Below, piece after piece: positions 25,226 through 40,231 of a stretch of 64,000 bases of DNA; the stretch's first letter is position 1, and each line of letters begins with the position of its first letter. Location: NCBI RefSeq assembly GCF_009914755.1, contig NC_060936.1. One strand, written 5' to 3'. Source of the DNA: the human T2T-CHM13v2.0 reference genome, Homo sapiens. Both the position numbers and the translations under genes were made by a program. The notes under the pieces are model-generated. The model saw only the letters and a program-made list of their open reading frames with translations. It was not told where the DNA came from and did no database searches.

Positions 25226-25928
25226 TTGACCAAATTTTAAAAAGGCTTTCTATTTAAACAATAGAAAAATGTTACAGTAAGATGGTGGTACCATGTACAT
25301 GGTAATATCTTGCATTAATTACAACATCAATTCTAGATTTCAAAAGTGACATAAATGTCCATTAATATGCATCAAAATATGGACTTAGGATAGCTATTCA
25401 CTCATGGATTTTTGTCTCTGCAAAACTACATCTAAATCATGGTTCTGATGCATGTGAAAAATGAAAATAATCAGTAAAAACCTAGCTATTTAAAAAATGT
25501 AGGTAGTGCACATTCATGGGTAAGATCAAGGTTTTCGGGGGGGAAATGGGAAATTTGTGTGGTGGGGTAGAGAAGCTGCATAAATAGTAAGCAAAGGATT
25601 ATGATGATCATTTAAAAATAAACAGAGTAAGAGAAAATCCTTACCACTTAAATTCACCATTTTAAAAACACTTTTCCGTCTTCTGCCTTTAATGAGTGCT
25701 CCTCCTCATGCCTAACTTTATGGGGGAAACAAGAGTTGGGGAAAATAACTTGGATCTTATCCTAAATTACAAAATTATCATTCACTCAATTTCTTCCACT
25801 TTTTAGGCAGAGAATAAACTCCATTGTAATACTTAGAAGGAGAAAATGAAATTTGTGGCATTTTTATTTTAAATAATTAGTCTTACTTTGCTTTTTTAAA
25901 TTAGCTCTTCATGCAGCACATGAAGAAT
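25085..25928 (-). other. GYS2: GYS2 3'UTR with two AATAAA signals (TTTATT on + at 25187-25192 and 25103-25108)
   Basis: Follows the TGA on the minus strand; cleavage sites are inferred. Confidence 0.75.
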
Positions 25929-26225
<297 letters not shown>

Positions 26226-27289
26226 CTATCAATTTTTTAAGTAGTTATCTATCTTTTGTAGTCTGGGTGCTATTAAACTTTGATTCATTTTGATTTTGAT
26301 ACCACCAATCTCAAGAGGGATTCATTCAATATATAGCTATTCTTTATTAAGTACTGAAATGTGCTAAGTGTTATATACATATTATTATCATCTTATCTTT
26401 TAACAACACTCTGATAACTATGTTTTTTTCAGTACAGAAGAAAATGGAGGGTTAGAGGGGTCAAGTAACTTGCCCAACATCACTCAGCACATAAATGGTA
26501 GAGCAAAGATTTGTACCAGGTCTGTGATGACTCCAGAAACTTTAATGTCAACTGCCACCTTACACTGCTGATACTGTTAGTCTCTAAGTCTCAAATTTGT
26601 TCAGCAAAGCTTTTGGATGTGGATAGCCTGGAAATGCCATGGATGGCCACCACTAGAAGGCATCCTGGAAGTCAGGTCACTTAATTGACTCTACAATTCC
26701 ACTAGTTGCTGTTATTTCAGTTAATGAGAAAATATCACTAGACTTTAATTAATTTGCCCTTCTACTTGAGATACTGAGATAACTTATTTGATAAACACAC
26801 ACTGCAATGCCACTTAAGAAACCAGATGAAAAAACATGATTGGAGTGCATATAATTGAATGGGGAGACAGATGTGTAAAAGTGTTATAGCGCTCGTCACT
26901 CTGTATTTCAATTACTTTATACATTATATCATGTCATACATGTACAGTCATTTTAAGGTTCAGATACTTTACCTGTCAGCAATACAACAAAAGAACTGAG
27001 TTCTGCACTTGAGACCTAGCTTGAAGTAGGTGCTCAATGCTTATTAGACGTAATAACTGGATAAATAAGTAGATAAGCAGATAAATGGATGAATATTGCT
27101 GAATTATCATTAAGTGGAATGACCACCTCTGAATAAGCTAAGCAATCAACTCTGAATGCTAGAATCATAAACATGAAAGTCAGAATTTGTAGCCTGAGGG
27201 TTTAAGAAAACCTTATCACCTTTTTTACGGGCAAATTTTACTTCAGGTTAACTTTCTAGATCTGTTCCTCTGGAAACCTGATATAGGTG

Positions 27290-27840
27290 GAATATAAGTC
27301 ATGTTATTAGGGATGGTTGTTTATGGTAACAGTGACCCCTGATTGAGAAATTATATCTGAACTGAAAAATCTATAAATACTTGATAAGGCGCCAGAGTTT
27401 TTGGGAATCTCTGAATGACTCTTATAAGATGACTCATAATTGGGCATATTCCTTGCAGGGAGCATGAAAGCTGGTTTGCGGAGATTTACATGAGATAGAG
27501 GCTCCTGTGGGGCATGCAGCTACTAAGCTAAGGTGATCTCATTTGCAATGGTATGGGTCTTATCTTCTTGCACCTAAGCTGTCACCTAGTGTGTAGGCGG
27601 CCAAAGATGTTTAGCTCTTGGATTGCTGTGTAGACTACTGCAAGGACTGATCCCACTAAAGAGAAATGCCTGACGCTCCCCTGCTTCAAGTGGCACCTCA
27701 TGTCTTCTCCCTGCTAAGTGAATCTGATGACAAATGTGGCCTATAGCAGTCTTATGAACATAAACGTCTAGTTGGATTTTAGAAGAAGACACCCTGGTGG
27801 GCACTGATGAATGGACCATAAATGCTCATCTAGTTCAATT
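27290..27840 (+). mobile_element. Possible ancient LTR (LTR78-like)
   Basis: GC-richer block with X-box, TATA and taaacgtctagttggatt motifs; weak by-eye resemblance only. Confidence 0.3.
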
Positions 27841-28208
27841 CCTCCTGGGGTGCTGAACTTACTCTATTTTACTCTTGCCAAGCGGTCACCCTATATTTAA
27901 ACACTTCCTTGGAGAGCAAATTCACTTTCAATTAAAGCAGTCCAGTTTGTTTTTGAACAACTCCCCAAAGAATAAATGTCCATCAGAACCATTTCAAGTA
28001 TTAAGGCAGAGAAAGTTTTAATTCAGAGATGCTTCTCCAATGAGATGAATTAACTGTCTTGAGAGCTTTAGGACAGTCTGATTTGTGAGTTCCTCTCTCT
28101 CTCCTTTGGTTTGATTCAACATTATGAAAAAGTATCATAGCTTGTGTGCATAGCTACTTCCAAATTTAAATGTATTATTTAAACTTATAAAAAGAAATAT
28201 AGCTTTCA

Positions 28209-28313
<105 letters not shown>

Positions 28314-29369
28314 CTATTGATAGAAAGCCAAATCACAGGTTAATAAAAACCCTTAGATATCTCAATAATCAAGTTATTAAATAAGGCCTTATTCTCCTAG
28401 TTCTGAAACATATGTATTTTTTAAAGTGACAGAATCTATGCAGTCTAAGTTTGAGACTCAGGAAAGAAATTACAGTTTATAGTTTTACTATTTTTCAACC
28501 CATAGGCAGAGTAATACTATAAAATGCTGGGGAAGAATGCCCATACTGGTCATATTGAGCTCTGAATTGAGCATTAAGGTGACTGAAAACACTGGTTTCA
28601 TTCCACAGAGAAGCAGTGTGGCATGGAGAAAAGATAGGGCCTGAATATTCAGATAAATTGGGTGTAAATCCTGCTTCAGACCTTAGGCAAGAAACATCAC
28701 TTCTAAAAGCCTAGTGTATCTATCTTCATTGCAAGATGGAGATAGTAAAATTAATCATCCAGGTTGTAATGAGCACTGGCATTTGTGTGTGCAGATACTC
28801 AGCAAATGGCAGCATCTCTCATTCAGCCAAGAGTGTTCAGCACTGTGCAAACAGACACATTATGTGAAGGCAAAGTCAATTCATTTATTATTAAATCACC
28901 ACTGCTAAGCTGTGTGAGCATCCAGGTGTTTATAAACCTATTGCATGATTGAAAGGAGGTATTTCCTGTAGTCATCATTTTGAAAAACCATATTATACCC
29001 ATTACTCACTACAGTTGAGAAATATGACTACACTATTTCTCTAGAGAGAAACAAAGTAGGGACTTTTCTCTTGATGTTTTCTTCAACTTCATAAAATGTT
29101 TCCTTATACCAGTAACACATCAAGTGAGGCACTGACAATGGAATAGCTAGTAAGATCAGTGCTAGATCCTGATGGACTTGCTATTATGAATAGACTCAAA
29201 CGAAACATGAAGAAATACATATAGGACTTTGTAAACTTATTAAATTTTAAAAAGTACATGGAGACACTGAGATTTTAACAATTTAAATATTGGATTAACT
29301 TTAGAGATTATGACTAGAATCAATATGTTTATAGTCCAGTGGAATTTTTTAAGTGGTCTGCTGTGTTTA

Positions 29370-29636
<267 letters not shown>

Positions 29637-29964
29637 TCAAAAACCTATGCATTATCTACCCCCTGACTCAGGAATTACCCCCACTTTATTCTTTTCTGAG
29701 GCCCTAATTCCCTTCTAATGGTTTACAACCATCACTGACACACAGCCAACGAAGTGGATCTTGCTGAAAAAAACTCTGGCAGTCTAGGGATACGCTGGAT
29801 CAGTGATCCTCCATGGGGTTGCTCACTAACCAGAATTTCCAGGGCGGGGCCTGGATATCTGTGCCTTTTATGTTCCCCAGTGTTCCCACTGTTCAGCCGA
29901 GGCTGAAAACCCCAGATCTAGCCTGAGGAAAGAGCCACAGTACACCCATAAAAGACTGAGGGAA

Positions 29965-30316
<352 letters not shown>

Positions 30317-30674
30317 TTAACTTTTCTTGCTGCTAGGGAATATGAACAGACAGATAATGGTATGCAAATTATTCTGCCATCTTAAACAATTTAGGTGAAC
30401 TTTGCTAAGTTGTCACGGGCCTTTAAAATAATAACAGTAATGATAACAATAATAATAATATATGTACTATCTAATGACCAATATATGCACTCTAAGACCA
30501 TGGTTATTGTCATATCATTTCTAGGCAGCAGAAGGGATCAAAATTCAGGGAGGAAAAAGGTAAAGGACAAAGTTTGTCCAAGTTTTGCACTCTTTTTGCA
30601 GTTTGTCTCATGGGCAATATATTAATATTAATAGCATTCTTATGTTATCTGTGGGCCACATATTTAAAGCTACT

Positions 30675-31012
30675 TTTTTTTCTCCACTTTTAGTTTAGGT
30701 TCAGGGGGTACATGTGCACATTTGTTAGATGGGTACATTTCATACTGCTGAGGCTTGGTGTACAAATGATCCCATCGCCCAGGTGATTAACATAGTGCCT
30801 GGTAGGTAGTCTTTCAACCCACGCCCCTTCCCCCACTCCCCACTCAAGCAGTCCCCAGATGTCTATTGTTCCCATCTTTGTGTCTATGTGTATTCAATGT
30901 TTAGCTCCCACTTATAAGTGGGAACATGCAGTATTTGGTTATCTGTTCCCGCATTAATTCACTTAAGATAATGACCTCCAGCTGCGTCCATGTTGCTGCA
31001 AAGGACAGAATT
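30675..31012 (-). mobile_element. L1 3' end (old L1PA/L1PB)
   Basis: ttcagggggtacatgtgca...gctcccacttataagtgggaacatgcagtatttgg. Confidence 0.88.
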
Positions 31013-31027
31013 CTATTTATAAATCTA

Positions 31028-31325
31028 CTTTTTTTTTTTATGAGACAGCCTGAGGCTCTGTCACCCAGGCAGGTGTGCAGTGGCACGATCTCAGCTCACT
31101 GCCTCCTCCGCCTCCCAGGTTCAAGTGATTATAGTGCCTCAGCCTCTGGAGTAGCTGGAATTACAGGCGTGCACCACCATACTTGGCTAATTTTTTTGTA
31201 TTTTTAGTAGAGATGGGATTTTGCCGTGTTGGCCATGCTGGTCTCGAACCCCTGACCTCAAGTGATCCACCCACCTCGGCCTCCCAAAGTGCTGGGATTA
31301 CAGGCATGAGCCACTGTGCCCAGCC
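31028..31325 (-). mobile_element. AluS
   Basis: Full antisense Alu. Confidence 0.95.
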
Positions 31326-31471
31326 TAAATTGACTTTTAATTAAACAAGAAATATAAAAACATTAGTTTAATTATCAGGATAGCTTTAGAGTTAGGCTCT
31401 GTAAAGACCCTGTGCTTTGTTTGGTTAGAGGTCATGTCTCCCCAGCATGGGTTAATGATGAAAACCCTCAC

Positions 31472-31567
31472 CGTAAGCAGTAGGATCAGCCACGTGCTCC
31501 TGCATGAAACAGCCAAACCCGGAGAGATTCGTGGTCACACTGGGGATACCCATCACAGTGCATTCAG
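31472..31567 (-). CDS. GYS2: GYS2 exon 13
   Basis: 96 nt; (A)[31 protein letters not shown]. Confidence 0.98.
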
Positions 31568-31689
31568 CTGCCAGGGGAAATAGACCAAAGCTTGGCTTCA
31601 GACCAGCGCCTATATCCTTGTATGCACTCAGAGGAGGAAAAGGCCCTAGTCCTCCTAAGAATAGCAATGTTCACTATGTGTCAGTCACA

Positions 31690-31880
31690 ACACTAAACTC
31701 TTTACATGTCTCACTAACTTATTTAATCTCTCAACAACCCTGTGAAGTGGGGCCATCATTATCCCCATCTTACAGCTGAAGAAATGAGGCACAGAGAAAT
31801 TAATAACTTTCCCACCTTCACAAAGCCAGGGTTCGTGGTATAGCTGGGATTTGAAGTCAGGCACCCGGCTGCAGAACCCT
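31690..31880. mobile_element. MIR
   Basis: atttaatctc...caaccctgtgaagt...ccccatcttacagctgaagaaatgaggcacagaga. Confidence 0.8.
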
Positions 31881-32554
31881 TGTGCGGAACTGCCGGGCTC
31901 CACTGCAGCTTCAATCCCAGCTGGTTTTGTTTCTTGCTTCTTTCTAGCCTGTGTTTCTAAGTACTTGGCAAGTTTATGAGGTAGGTTAAATATGTTTTGG
32001 ATGCGACCAGCTTCTTCCCCCATTTAAATCTCCCTTGGCACATATTCCTTCCACTCTCTCAGGAGCTCAATAAATGGATGATCTCTTGCAGTCCTCCCTC
32101 ACCTTTTAATCAAAATCTGTTTTCCAGGAAATAACTGATATGTCTTAAAAATTTTACTAGTCTCAAGGATGTCTACATTTTTAGGAATTTATATTTGATA
32201 ATGGAATTACCCTTGGTTGGTGAGTGGAGTTGGATGAAAAAAAGATCTTCCCATTACCCATGAAGTAATACAATCTAGACAGCAACCTTATCTCTTGCTC
32301 TGCAAATGTTTCCTCTTGGTTTAGCTGTATAGCTGTGGAGTTGTGGTTCTCTAATTTTAGTGGTGGGTGGTGCAGAGGAGGAAAGTGGGATGGGGACTAT
32401 CAGCCCTTTTGAGAGTCTGATGAACATTTTGGAACTCCTCTCCAGAAATATTCTTCTTTTTTTAATTTTTACACACTTTTATTTCCTCAGACTTCCTCCT
32501 GGACTCAGCTCCACCTTCTATGGGAGTTGGGAGTTGGAGAGTATCTCTTATTTT

Positions 32555-32858
32555 CTTTTTTAAAAAATTTTACTTTAAGTCTGGGACACATGTGCTGAAC
32601 GTGCAGGTTCGTTACATAGGTATACATGTGCTATGGTGGTTTGCTGCACCTATCAACCCATCGTCTAGGTTTTAAGCCCTGCATGCATTAGGTATTTGTC
32701 CTAATGCTCTCCCTCACCTCGCCCCACAACCCGACAGGCCCCGATGTGTGATGTTCCCCTCCCTGTGTCCATGTGTTCTCATTGTTCAACTCCCACTTAT
32801 GAGTGAGAACATGCGGTGTTTGGTTTTCTGTTCCTGTGTTAGTTTGCTGAGGATGATG
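32555..32858 (-). mobile_element. L1PA 3' end, 5'-truncated
   Basis: tactttaagtctggg...ctcccacttatgagtgagaacatgcggtgtttgg. Confidence 0.92.
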
Positions 32859-34126
32859 AAGAGAAATATTCTTATACACATATGTATACAAAATTTTGTC
32901 TACAATGCCGTGAAAGTTCACAGATCCTTCATGTTTATTAAATGGCCATCAATTCACTATGTAGTAATATTCCAGGCACCCATGAAGTTTAGTATATGTT
33001 CATTGAATTAATTTAATGAAATAAATGCTTATATTTATTTGGCTCTCTGAAAACACATTTGGATGAATGCTTTCTAGAGTGAGTTAAGTCTAGTAACACG
33101 TAAAAAGATTATTCTAAAAACATTAGCAAGTTATCTAATATGCTAATGTTAAATGTATACCACCAGAAGTCGCATTCTTCCTGTAACTATAGGTTAGGGG
33201 AAGAGTGACCAGCTCCCTTTGGTTAATGTAAAACACAGCATGACTCATTCACTATGGACTATTCCACAAACTCCCTTATTTGTCTATTTATAATATCCTT
33301 TGTAACATCTTCTTTGGCCTTTATCTTAAAACAGTAGATATATCTCCTCTATCATTTTGGGTTGTTAAGTTTAACTTTGCCCTATAAAATGACACTTTGG
33401 TGGACAGTCAGCTGTTAGTTCTATAACATTTTCTTGACCCGACAGAAAGGACTTCCCACATTGCCTCAGTCACTCATGCATTTGGTTGTATACTCTTCTA
33501 TCCATGATACTTCCAATAGTAAATTGTTTTACTAGAAATAATAAGAACAAGGTCAAAAACAAAGTGTTAAGTTCATCAGTGAAACGTGTGCTTTATGTAT
33601 CTCAAAAGATAGTGCATTGCAAGCAATTTGAGATATTTATGTGGACATTTCCTAAGTAAGAAGACACCACCTTCACAAAAGTAGGCCACTTTTAGATCTG
33701 CAAGAGAGATACCCGGAAGAGTTAGATACAAATATTTCCTATGTCATGTTTCAAGACAATCCTTTGTCTATTTTCCCCAAGAAATTTTAAAGTTTTTATA
33801 GCTGCTGGCAAATTATGCTTGGTGAAGCTAGAACAATAGAATAGGACCTTATGACCAAACATGCCCAGCCCTCATGTTGTTCCTGCTGTAAATAATACAG
33901 GATCCTATTTTTGTAGACTTTTAAATTCTGTATTTTAATTCTAGGATAAAGATGCAAATAATAGAAAAAATTCTTCCTCTTCATAATTCAGCCTATTATT
34001 CCCTCTCACCTTGGCCTCTGCTGCTCCTTACTTGAGCTTTATATCAATGATAACATTGAGATACAAAAGGCAACATTTACTATCTCAATTATAAATAAAA
34101 ATGTTTTCTGAACTTTTTAAAAGTCA

Positions 34127-34449
<323 letters not shown>

Positions 34450-35305
34450 TTATTTACATTGGGCAGAAAAATATCCGATTATTAATAAGAGATGGAAAAG
34501 TTATTGTTGTATTCTTTGCATTGGCATGTATTTAAAGTATTTGTTTCCCTTTTAATTAGACATTTCAGTACAAGTACAAATTGGTCGCTCTTGATGCTAA
34601 TGGCAACCATGCCAGTTCGGTCCAGAAAAGAAAAATACATAGTAAACCTGAGAAACTACCATCTGTTAAAAAATAAAATAAAATAAAATAACAAAGGAGG
34701 GTGAAGAAGGAGGAGTTTCTGAATGGAATGATGTCATTGTTGACAATACCACTGAATTGCTAATCTCTCTTAGTACCTTTTATTTTGAGGCACAAGAATG
34801 TGAAGAAGACTTTTCACTGTACACCTTTTTATATTTATTTCCCTAACCATATGACTGTGTTACCCATTACATATTAAATATGTTCATTAAATTTTAAAAA
34901 GAATTATTCTAAAATAATTTTTAAAGAACAACATTGCTAGACTATTATTTATTATATTAATCCTACTTACAGTCAATTTCTCCTTCACACTAATAAATGG
35001 GGCAGATAGAGATAGCTAAATAAGATACAACCTTTATATCACATTCCTTTTTCTTTGGAATTCAATGAGGCAATACCTCACATACCTCCTAAAATATGCC
35101 CAAACCGTGGTATACTTATATAATCTTCATCCTTATTCTTAAGTAATTATCTACAAACCATAAATTAATCCCTGTGATAAATCCAACCAAAATTTTTTAA
35201 AACTGAAGAATTGAAATCTTATTAGAAATTTAATATCAACTTTGAATATTATATATATGCACATAAAATAATATACTAACAAAATTCAAAACATTCCACA
35301 CTCTA

Positions 35306-35446
<141 letters not shown>

Positions 35447-36157
35447 CTAAAAAAGGAAAATTCTAATTTAAAAAAAAAGAAAAAGGAGCAAGTAAAGTGA
35501 AAAATCTCCTACAATTTGGTTATTTCAGTACTCTACTATAGAATCCTTATGTTCTAGATTCAGAAAGAAAAAAAGAGATAAGACAAAAGAAAAAGAAAAA
35601 AGCCGTGGTGGTTTGTTCTCCTCTCTCCATTCTGTAGAAGTGTCTATGCTGCATATTTAACTTTCCCTCAGGTTCCAAGGCTTAGGTTGAAGGATAAGGA
35701 GTTAGAGTGCTCATTTTTGCTCTCACACTAAACTATATCCTCCAGTCCAGCTTTGACATGCAATAAACCTTATATTTGGTTATCTAATTGCTCTTGTCTT
35801 TTTATCTATTTGTTCCCAACTTGAGCAGGGAAGAGGGGGCTGTGTAACAGACCACTCTTACATGCCTTAAGCATGAGTTATTCAACTGAAATGGAACTAA
35901 GGGACAGGGAAGATGTTCTAGGAATGCCATCTAGATTAAATCATGCTAGAGGACTTCGTGCAAACCTCCCTCCTCTCTCAGCTAGAGACCATCACCTCCT
36001 AACATACTTGCCTGCTTCTTTCTGTCCCACTGGGGTCTCTATTCAACACAACTAGATTGATCCTTTAAAAATGTCAGTCATTCCCTTGCTCAAAGTTGTT
36101 CAGTGGCTTCCCATTTTACTCAGAGTAAAAGCCAAAGTGTTTACCATGGCTTCTAAG

Positions 36158-37627
36158 CAGTGGTATGCTGGTAAATATTTAAGAACTGAGACACTGAAGT
36201 ATAAATATATATTAATACTTAAATTTGTTGTAATTTTTAATGAGATAAATGATGTATATACAGTTACCAAATGACAAAAGATGTTATAACATGTAGATGT
36301 TTATAACAACTTTATTCCTAATTGCCAAAACTTGGAAGCAACACAGATGTCCTTCAGTAGGTGAATGAATACATAAATTGTGGTACATCCAGACAATGGA
36401 ATATTATTTAGTGCTAAAAAGAAATGAGCTATCAAGCCATGAAAATAAATAGAGGAAACATAAATGCATACTACTAAGTGAAAGAAGCTCATCTGAAAAT
36501 ACTACATGATGTATGATTTCAACTGTGTGACAATCTTGAAAAAGTTAAACTATGGAACCAGTGAAAAGATCTGTGGTTTCCAGGCGTCAGGGGTGAGGGA
36601 GGGATGAGTGGGCAGAGTATAGACAATTTTTAGGGCAGTGAAACTATTCTGTATCATACTATGATGATGAATACATTTGTCAAAACCCATAGAATGTATA
36701 ACACCAAGAGTGAATCCTAATGTAAACTATGGATCTTGGGTGGTAATTATGTGCCAATGTAGGTTCATCTACTGGAACAAATATACCACTTTGGGGGATG
36801 CTGATAATGGGGGAGTCTATGCATGGGAAGGGCCAGAGAGCAAATGGACACTGTACTTTCTGTTCAATTTTTCTGTGAACCTAAAACTGTTCTAAAAAGC
36901 AAACTCTATTAAAAGTGGATATATACAATACTCCTTATTGTGAATTCTATATAGTCAATTAATTCTCACAATTTGCTATTTTTATTTTTCCAAAATTTTG
37001 TATTCATAACCAATTTATGGTTTCAATTGATGGCTGAATATAGCTCTGACATAAATGTTGGTTGATTTCCTTTGTTAATGAGTAGAAGGAGCGGAAATAA
37101 CAGAGACATTTGTTGGAACTTCATGAGTTCATCAGTAATGCAAGTGACTTCTTTGCTGGGTCAGATATTAGTTTTTGAACATGGAGAAAATTTTTTTTTT
37201 GCCACTCACAATGTACAGGTTACAGATCCAGAAATCAATACGCAGTAAATGAAGCCATGATTCGTAGTGTTTGCCTATTTTCATTCTATAAATACTCCCA
37301 CTACCACCAAGGCCATTTTTAAGCTACCAATATGATGTTGCCGAATTCAGAGACAGGGAAAGCAGTAGCACATCATTATAAAGCATTTGCACCACGAAGA
37401 TCTGACAGACATAGAGTCTCAACTGCATAGGTCATAGTAATATGAAGTAAATAATTAGGATGTGATGAATTTTGAGAACTACCTTTCATTTAATATAGTT
37501 GACTTATTTTAAAATTTATATAATTTAATTTTAGCAATAGCTGTATTTAAAACTGGTTCACAAAGCTTCTGAACATTTAACTACTGGCTCTTGTGCACTT
37601 GTATGAGCCAGTTCTGGGCCCACACTG
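36158..37627. mobile_element. MER63 (hAT-Blackjack) relic interrupted by an L1
   Basis: Termini cagtggtatgctgg and gagccagttctgggcccacactg; internal aagctaccaa motif. Confidence 0.7.
36295..36915 (+). mobile_element. L1M (L1MB/MC-like) 3' end
   Basis: ccaaaacttggaagcaac...tgtcaaaacccatagaatgtataacaccaagagtgaatcctaatgtaaactatgg...aacctaaaactgttctaaaa. Confidence 0.88.
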
Positions 37628-38369
37628 GAAACGCAGAAACAAGAGCATCGATATTCTGTACTTTCTGTTCAATTTTGCTGTGAACCTAAAACTGTTCTAA
37701 AAATAAAGTCTATTAAAAATGTATATATACAGTACTCCATATTGTCAATTCTATATAGTCAATTAATTTGCACAATGTGCTATTTTTCCCAGCGCTTTTT
37801 TTTGGTGGGGGGCACGTATTTTGCCCAACATGCTATTTTCTCCTTCTATTTCCTACTATTTTCTCTTAATTCAGTGACATCGCATTGGTAGCTTGACAAT
37901 GGCCTTGGTGGCAGTGAGAGTTTTCATAGAATGAAAATAGGCATATACTACAAATCATGGCTTGATTTACTGTGTATTGATTTCTGGACTCAAGAAAGTA
38001 ATGGAAAAATATTAATAGTTCAGGTTTAGCCTTAAAATGTGTTGTACCTGTAGCCATTACAATGTGAGTGGCACAAAATATTACTAATGACAAGAGCATG
38101 GCTATAATTGGAAAGTTGTGACTAGAATAGCTATTTAACTTGCTAACTCTGTGAATGAATTATCCTATTTCTCCCACTTACTACAGTTATCACTGAGCTA
38201 TTATTAGATTATCTCTCAGCCTCACCCATACCTAAGGGGTTATTGAAAATAAGTGACATCTGATATAAAAGTACTGGGAATCCCACATTTACAGAAAGTT
38301 CCAAGTACAATATGAAGAGAATTCATATATTTTCAGAACCATTCATAAACTGTACTGTGGGAAATACAC

Positions 38370-39250
38370 AAACAAGAGCATTCTTACATAATCTTACACA
38401 AACATAAAAGTCAGGAAATTAACATTGATGCATCACTACCGTATAATTCTTAAACCCCATTTAAGTGTTTCTGATGATTCAAATAGTGATTTTTAAACCA
38501 AAGGATCCAGTTCAGAATTACATATTACATTTAGTTGTCACATCGCTTTAGAGTCCTTCAATTTGGAAGAGTTCATGGGCTTTTTTGGCTTTTCTGACTT
38601 TGGTATTTTTGAAGACTATATTTATTTTGATGTATGTCCCTCAATGCGGGTTTGTCTTACGCTTCTTCATAATTAGATTTAGTTCACACATCTTTGGCAG
38701 ATATATCACAGAAGTGGTGCTGTGTTCTTTTCATTGCATTTTAATCAGGTGGTAAAGGTTTTCTATTTTTTTCATTAATGATGATGTTTATTTTGATCTC
38801 TTGATTAAGGCCAAGACTTTTTGGCTTCTCCACTATAAAGTTATTCTTTTTACTCTTTGTTATTAACAAGTATTGAGGCAGTTATTTCGAAGCTGTGTAA
38901 ATCTCTCATTCCTAATTAAACTTTTAATTAATATTTGTATTGGACTTCTGATTCCTTATGTCATTCAATGCATCCTAATTCCTTACTATCTTTATTTATT
39001 TTGACACTCAAATTGTCCATGATTTGGCCAGTGGGAGCTCCTTCAAGTTTGTTTCTGTATATATTTAACAAAACTTCATTGTTCCTTGAGCATTTCTTTG
39101 ATTTTTGACACAAGAAGTTCCAGGCTCAACTTGTACTTTACCTGTCACAGTTCTAAAATCAGCCAATTCTAAAGGCAGCCCTGGTTCCCTTTAGTAGCAA
39201 ATGGCATTTAGCAATCAAGACGTGGCTACTAGGTGTGCTCATTGTCATTG
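38370..39250 (-). mobile_element. L1MC4-like fragment
   Basis: tcaggaaattaacattgat...catttagttgtca...tgtccctcaat...gatttggccagtgggagc. Confidence 0.7.
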
Positions 39251-39289
39251 GCCTATTACTTCCCCCAAGTGCTCTGAGTAGACAGAAAG

Positions 39290-39330
<41 letters not shown>
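39290..39330. repeat. (CA)n microsatellite, ~20 units
   Basis: Uninterrupted AC run. Confidence 0.97.
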
Positions 39331-39332
<2 letters not shown>

Positions 39333-39636
39333 CTGGTTTTTACTACCTTTAATTTGCTACATATTGGGTCAATCTTCTTCTGTGTAACTAATCTTTCTCC
39401 ATACACTCCCTCACATGCACGGATGCCCTCCTCTCTCCATTCTGGCTCTGACACTGCTTTAGGCTGCTCCTCTTTGTGTAGACATTTCTCAAACTGCTTG
39501 GACTCTGATGCCTTTCTCTGGACTTCCACAGCACCCTCCCTGTTCTAGTGCAGATACCTACCTTATGTTGCCCACCAAATGGCTTTAGAACTGAATTGTT
39601 CTGGAAGGAAAAGGAAAGACAAAGAAAAAGGAGACA

Positions 39637-39935
39637 GGCCGGGTACCGTGGCTCACTGCTGTAATCCCAGCACTTTGGGAGGCTGAGGCAGGTAGATCAC
39701 CTGAGGTCAGGAGTTCGAGACCAGCCTGGCCAACATGATGAAACCCCATCTCCACTAAAAATACAAAAATCAGCTGGGTGTGGTGGCATGCACCTGTAGT
39801 CCCAGCTACTCAGGAGGTTGGAGCAGGAGAATCGCCTTGAACCTGGGAGGCAGAGGTTGCAGTGAACGGAGATCGTGCCACTGCACTCCAGCCTGGGCGA
39901 CAGAGCGAGACTCCATTTCAAAAACAGAGAAAGAG
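39637..39935 (+). mobile_element. AluSx-like
   Basis: Full Alu. Confidence 0.95.
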
Positions 39936-39979
39936 AGAAAGAAGACAAACTATTTTTACACAAGCACTCTACACTTTTC

Positions 39980-40231
39980 TTTTTTTTTTAATTTTTTTTT
40001 ATTATACTTTAAGTTTTAGGGTACATGTGCACATTGTGCAGGTTAGTTACATACGTATACATGTGCCATGCTGGTGTGCTGCACCCACTAACTCGTTATC
40101 TAGCATTAGGTATATCTCCCAATGCTATCCCTCCCCCCTCCCCCCACCCCACAACAGTCCCCAGAGTGTGATGTTCCCCTTCCTGTGTCCATATGATCTC
40201 ATTGTTCAATTCCCACCTATGAGTGAGAATA
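39980..40231 (-). mobile_element. Young L1 (L1PA2/L1HS-like), 5'-truncated, with TSD
   Basis: Near-consensus L1 3'UTR; TSD acacttttc at 39971-39979 and 40233-40241. Confidence 0.9.
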
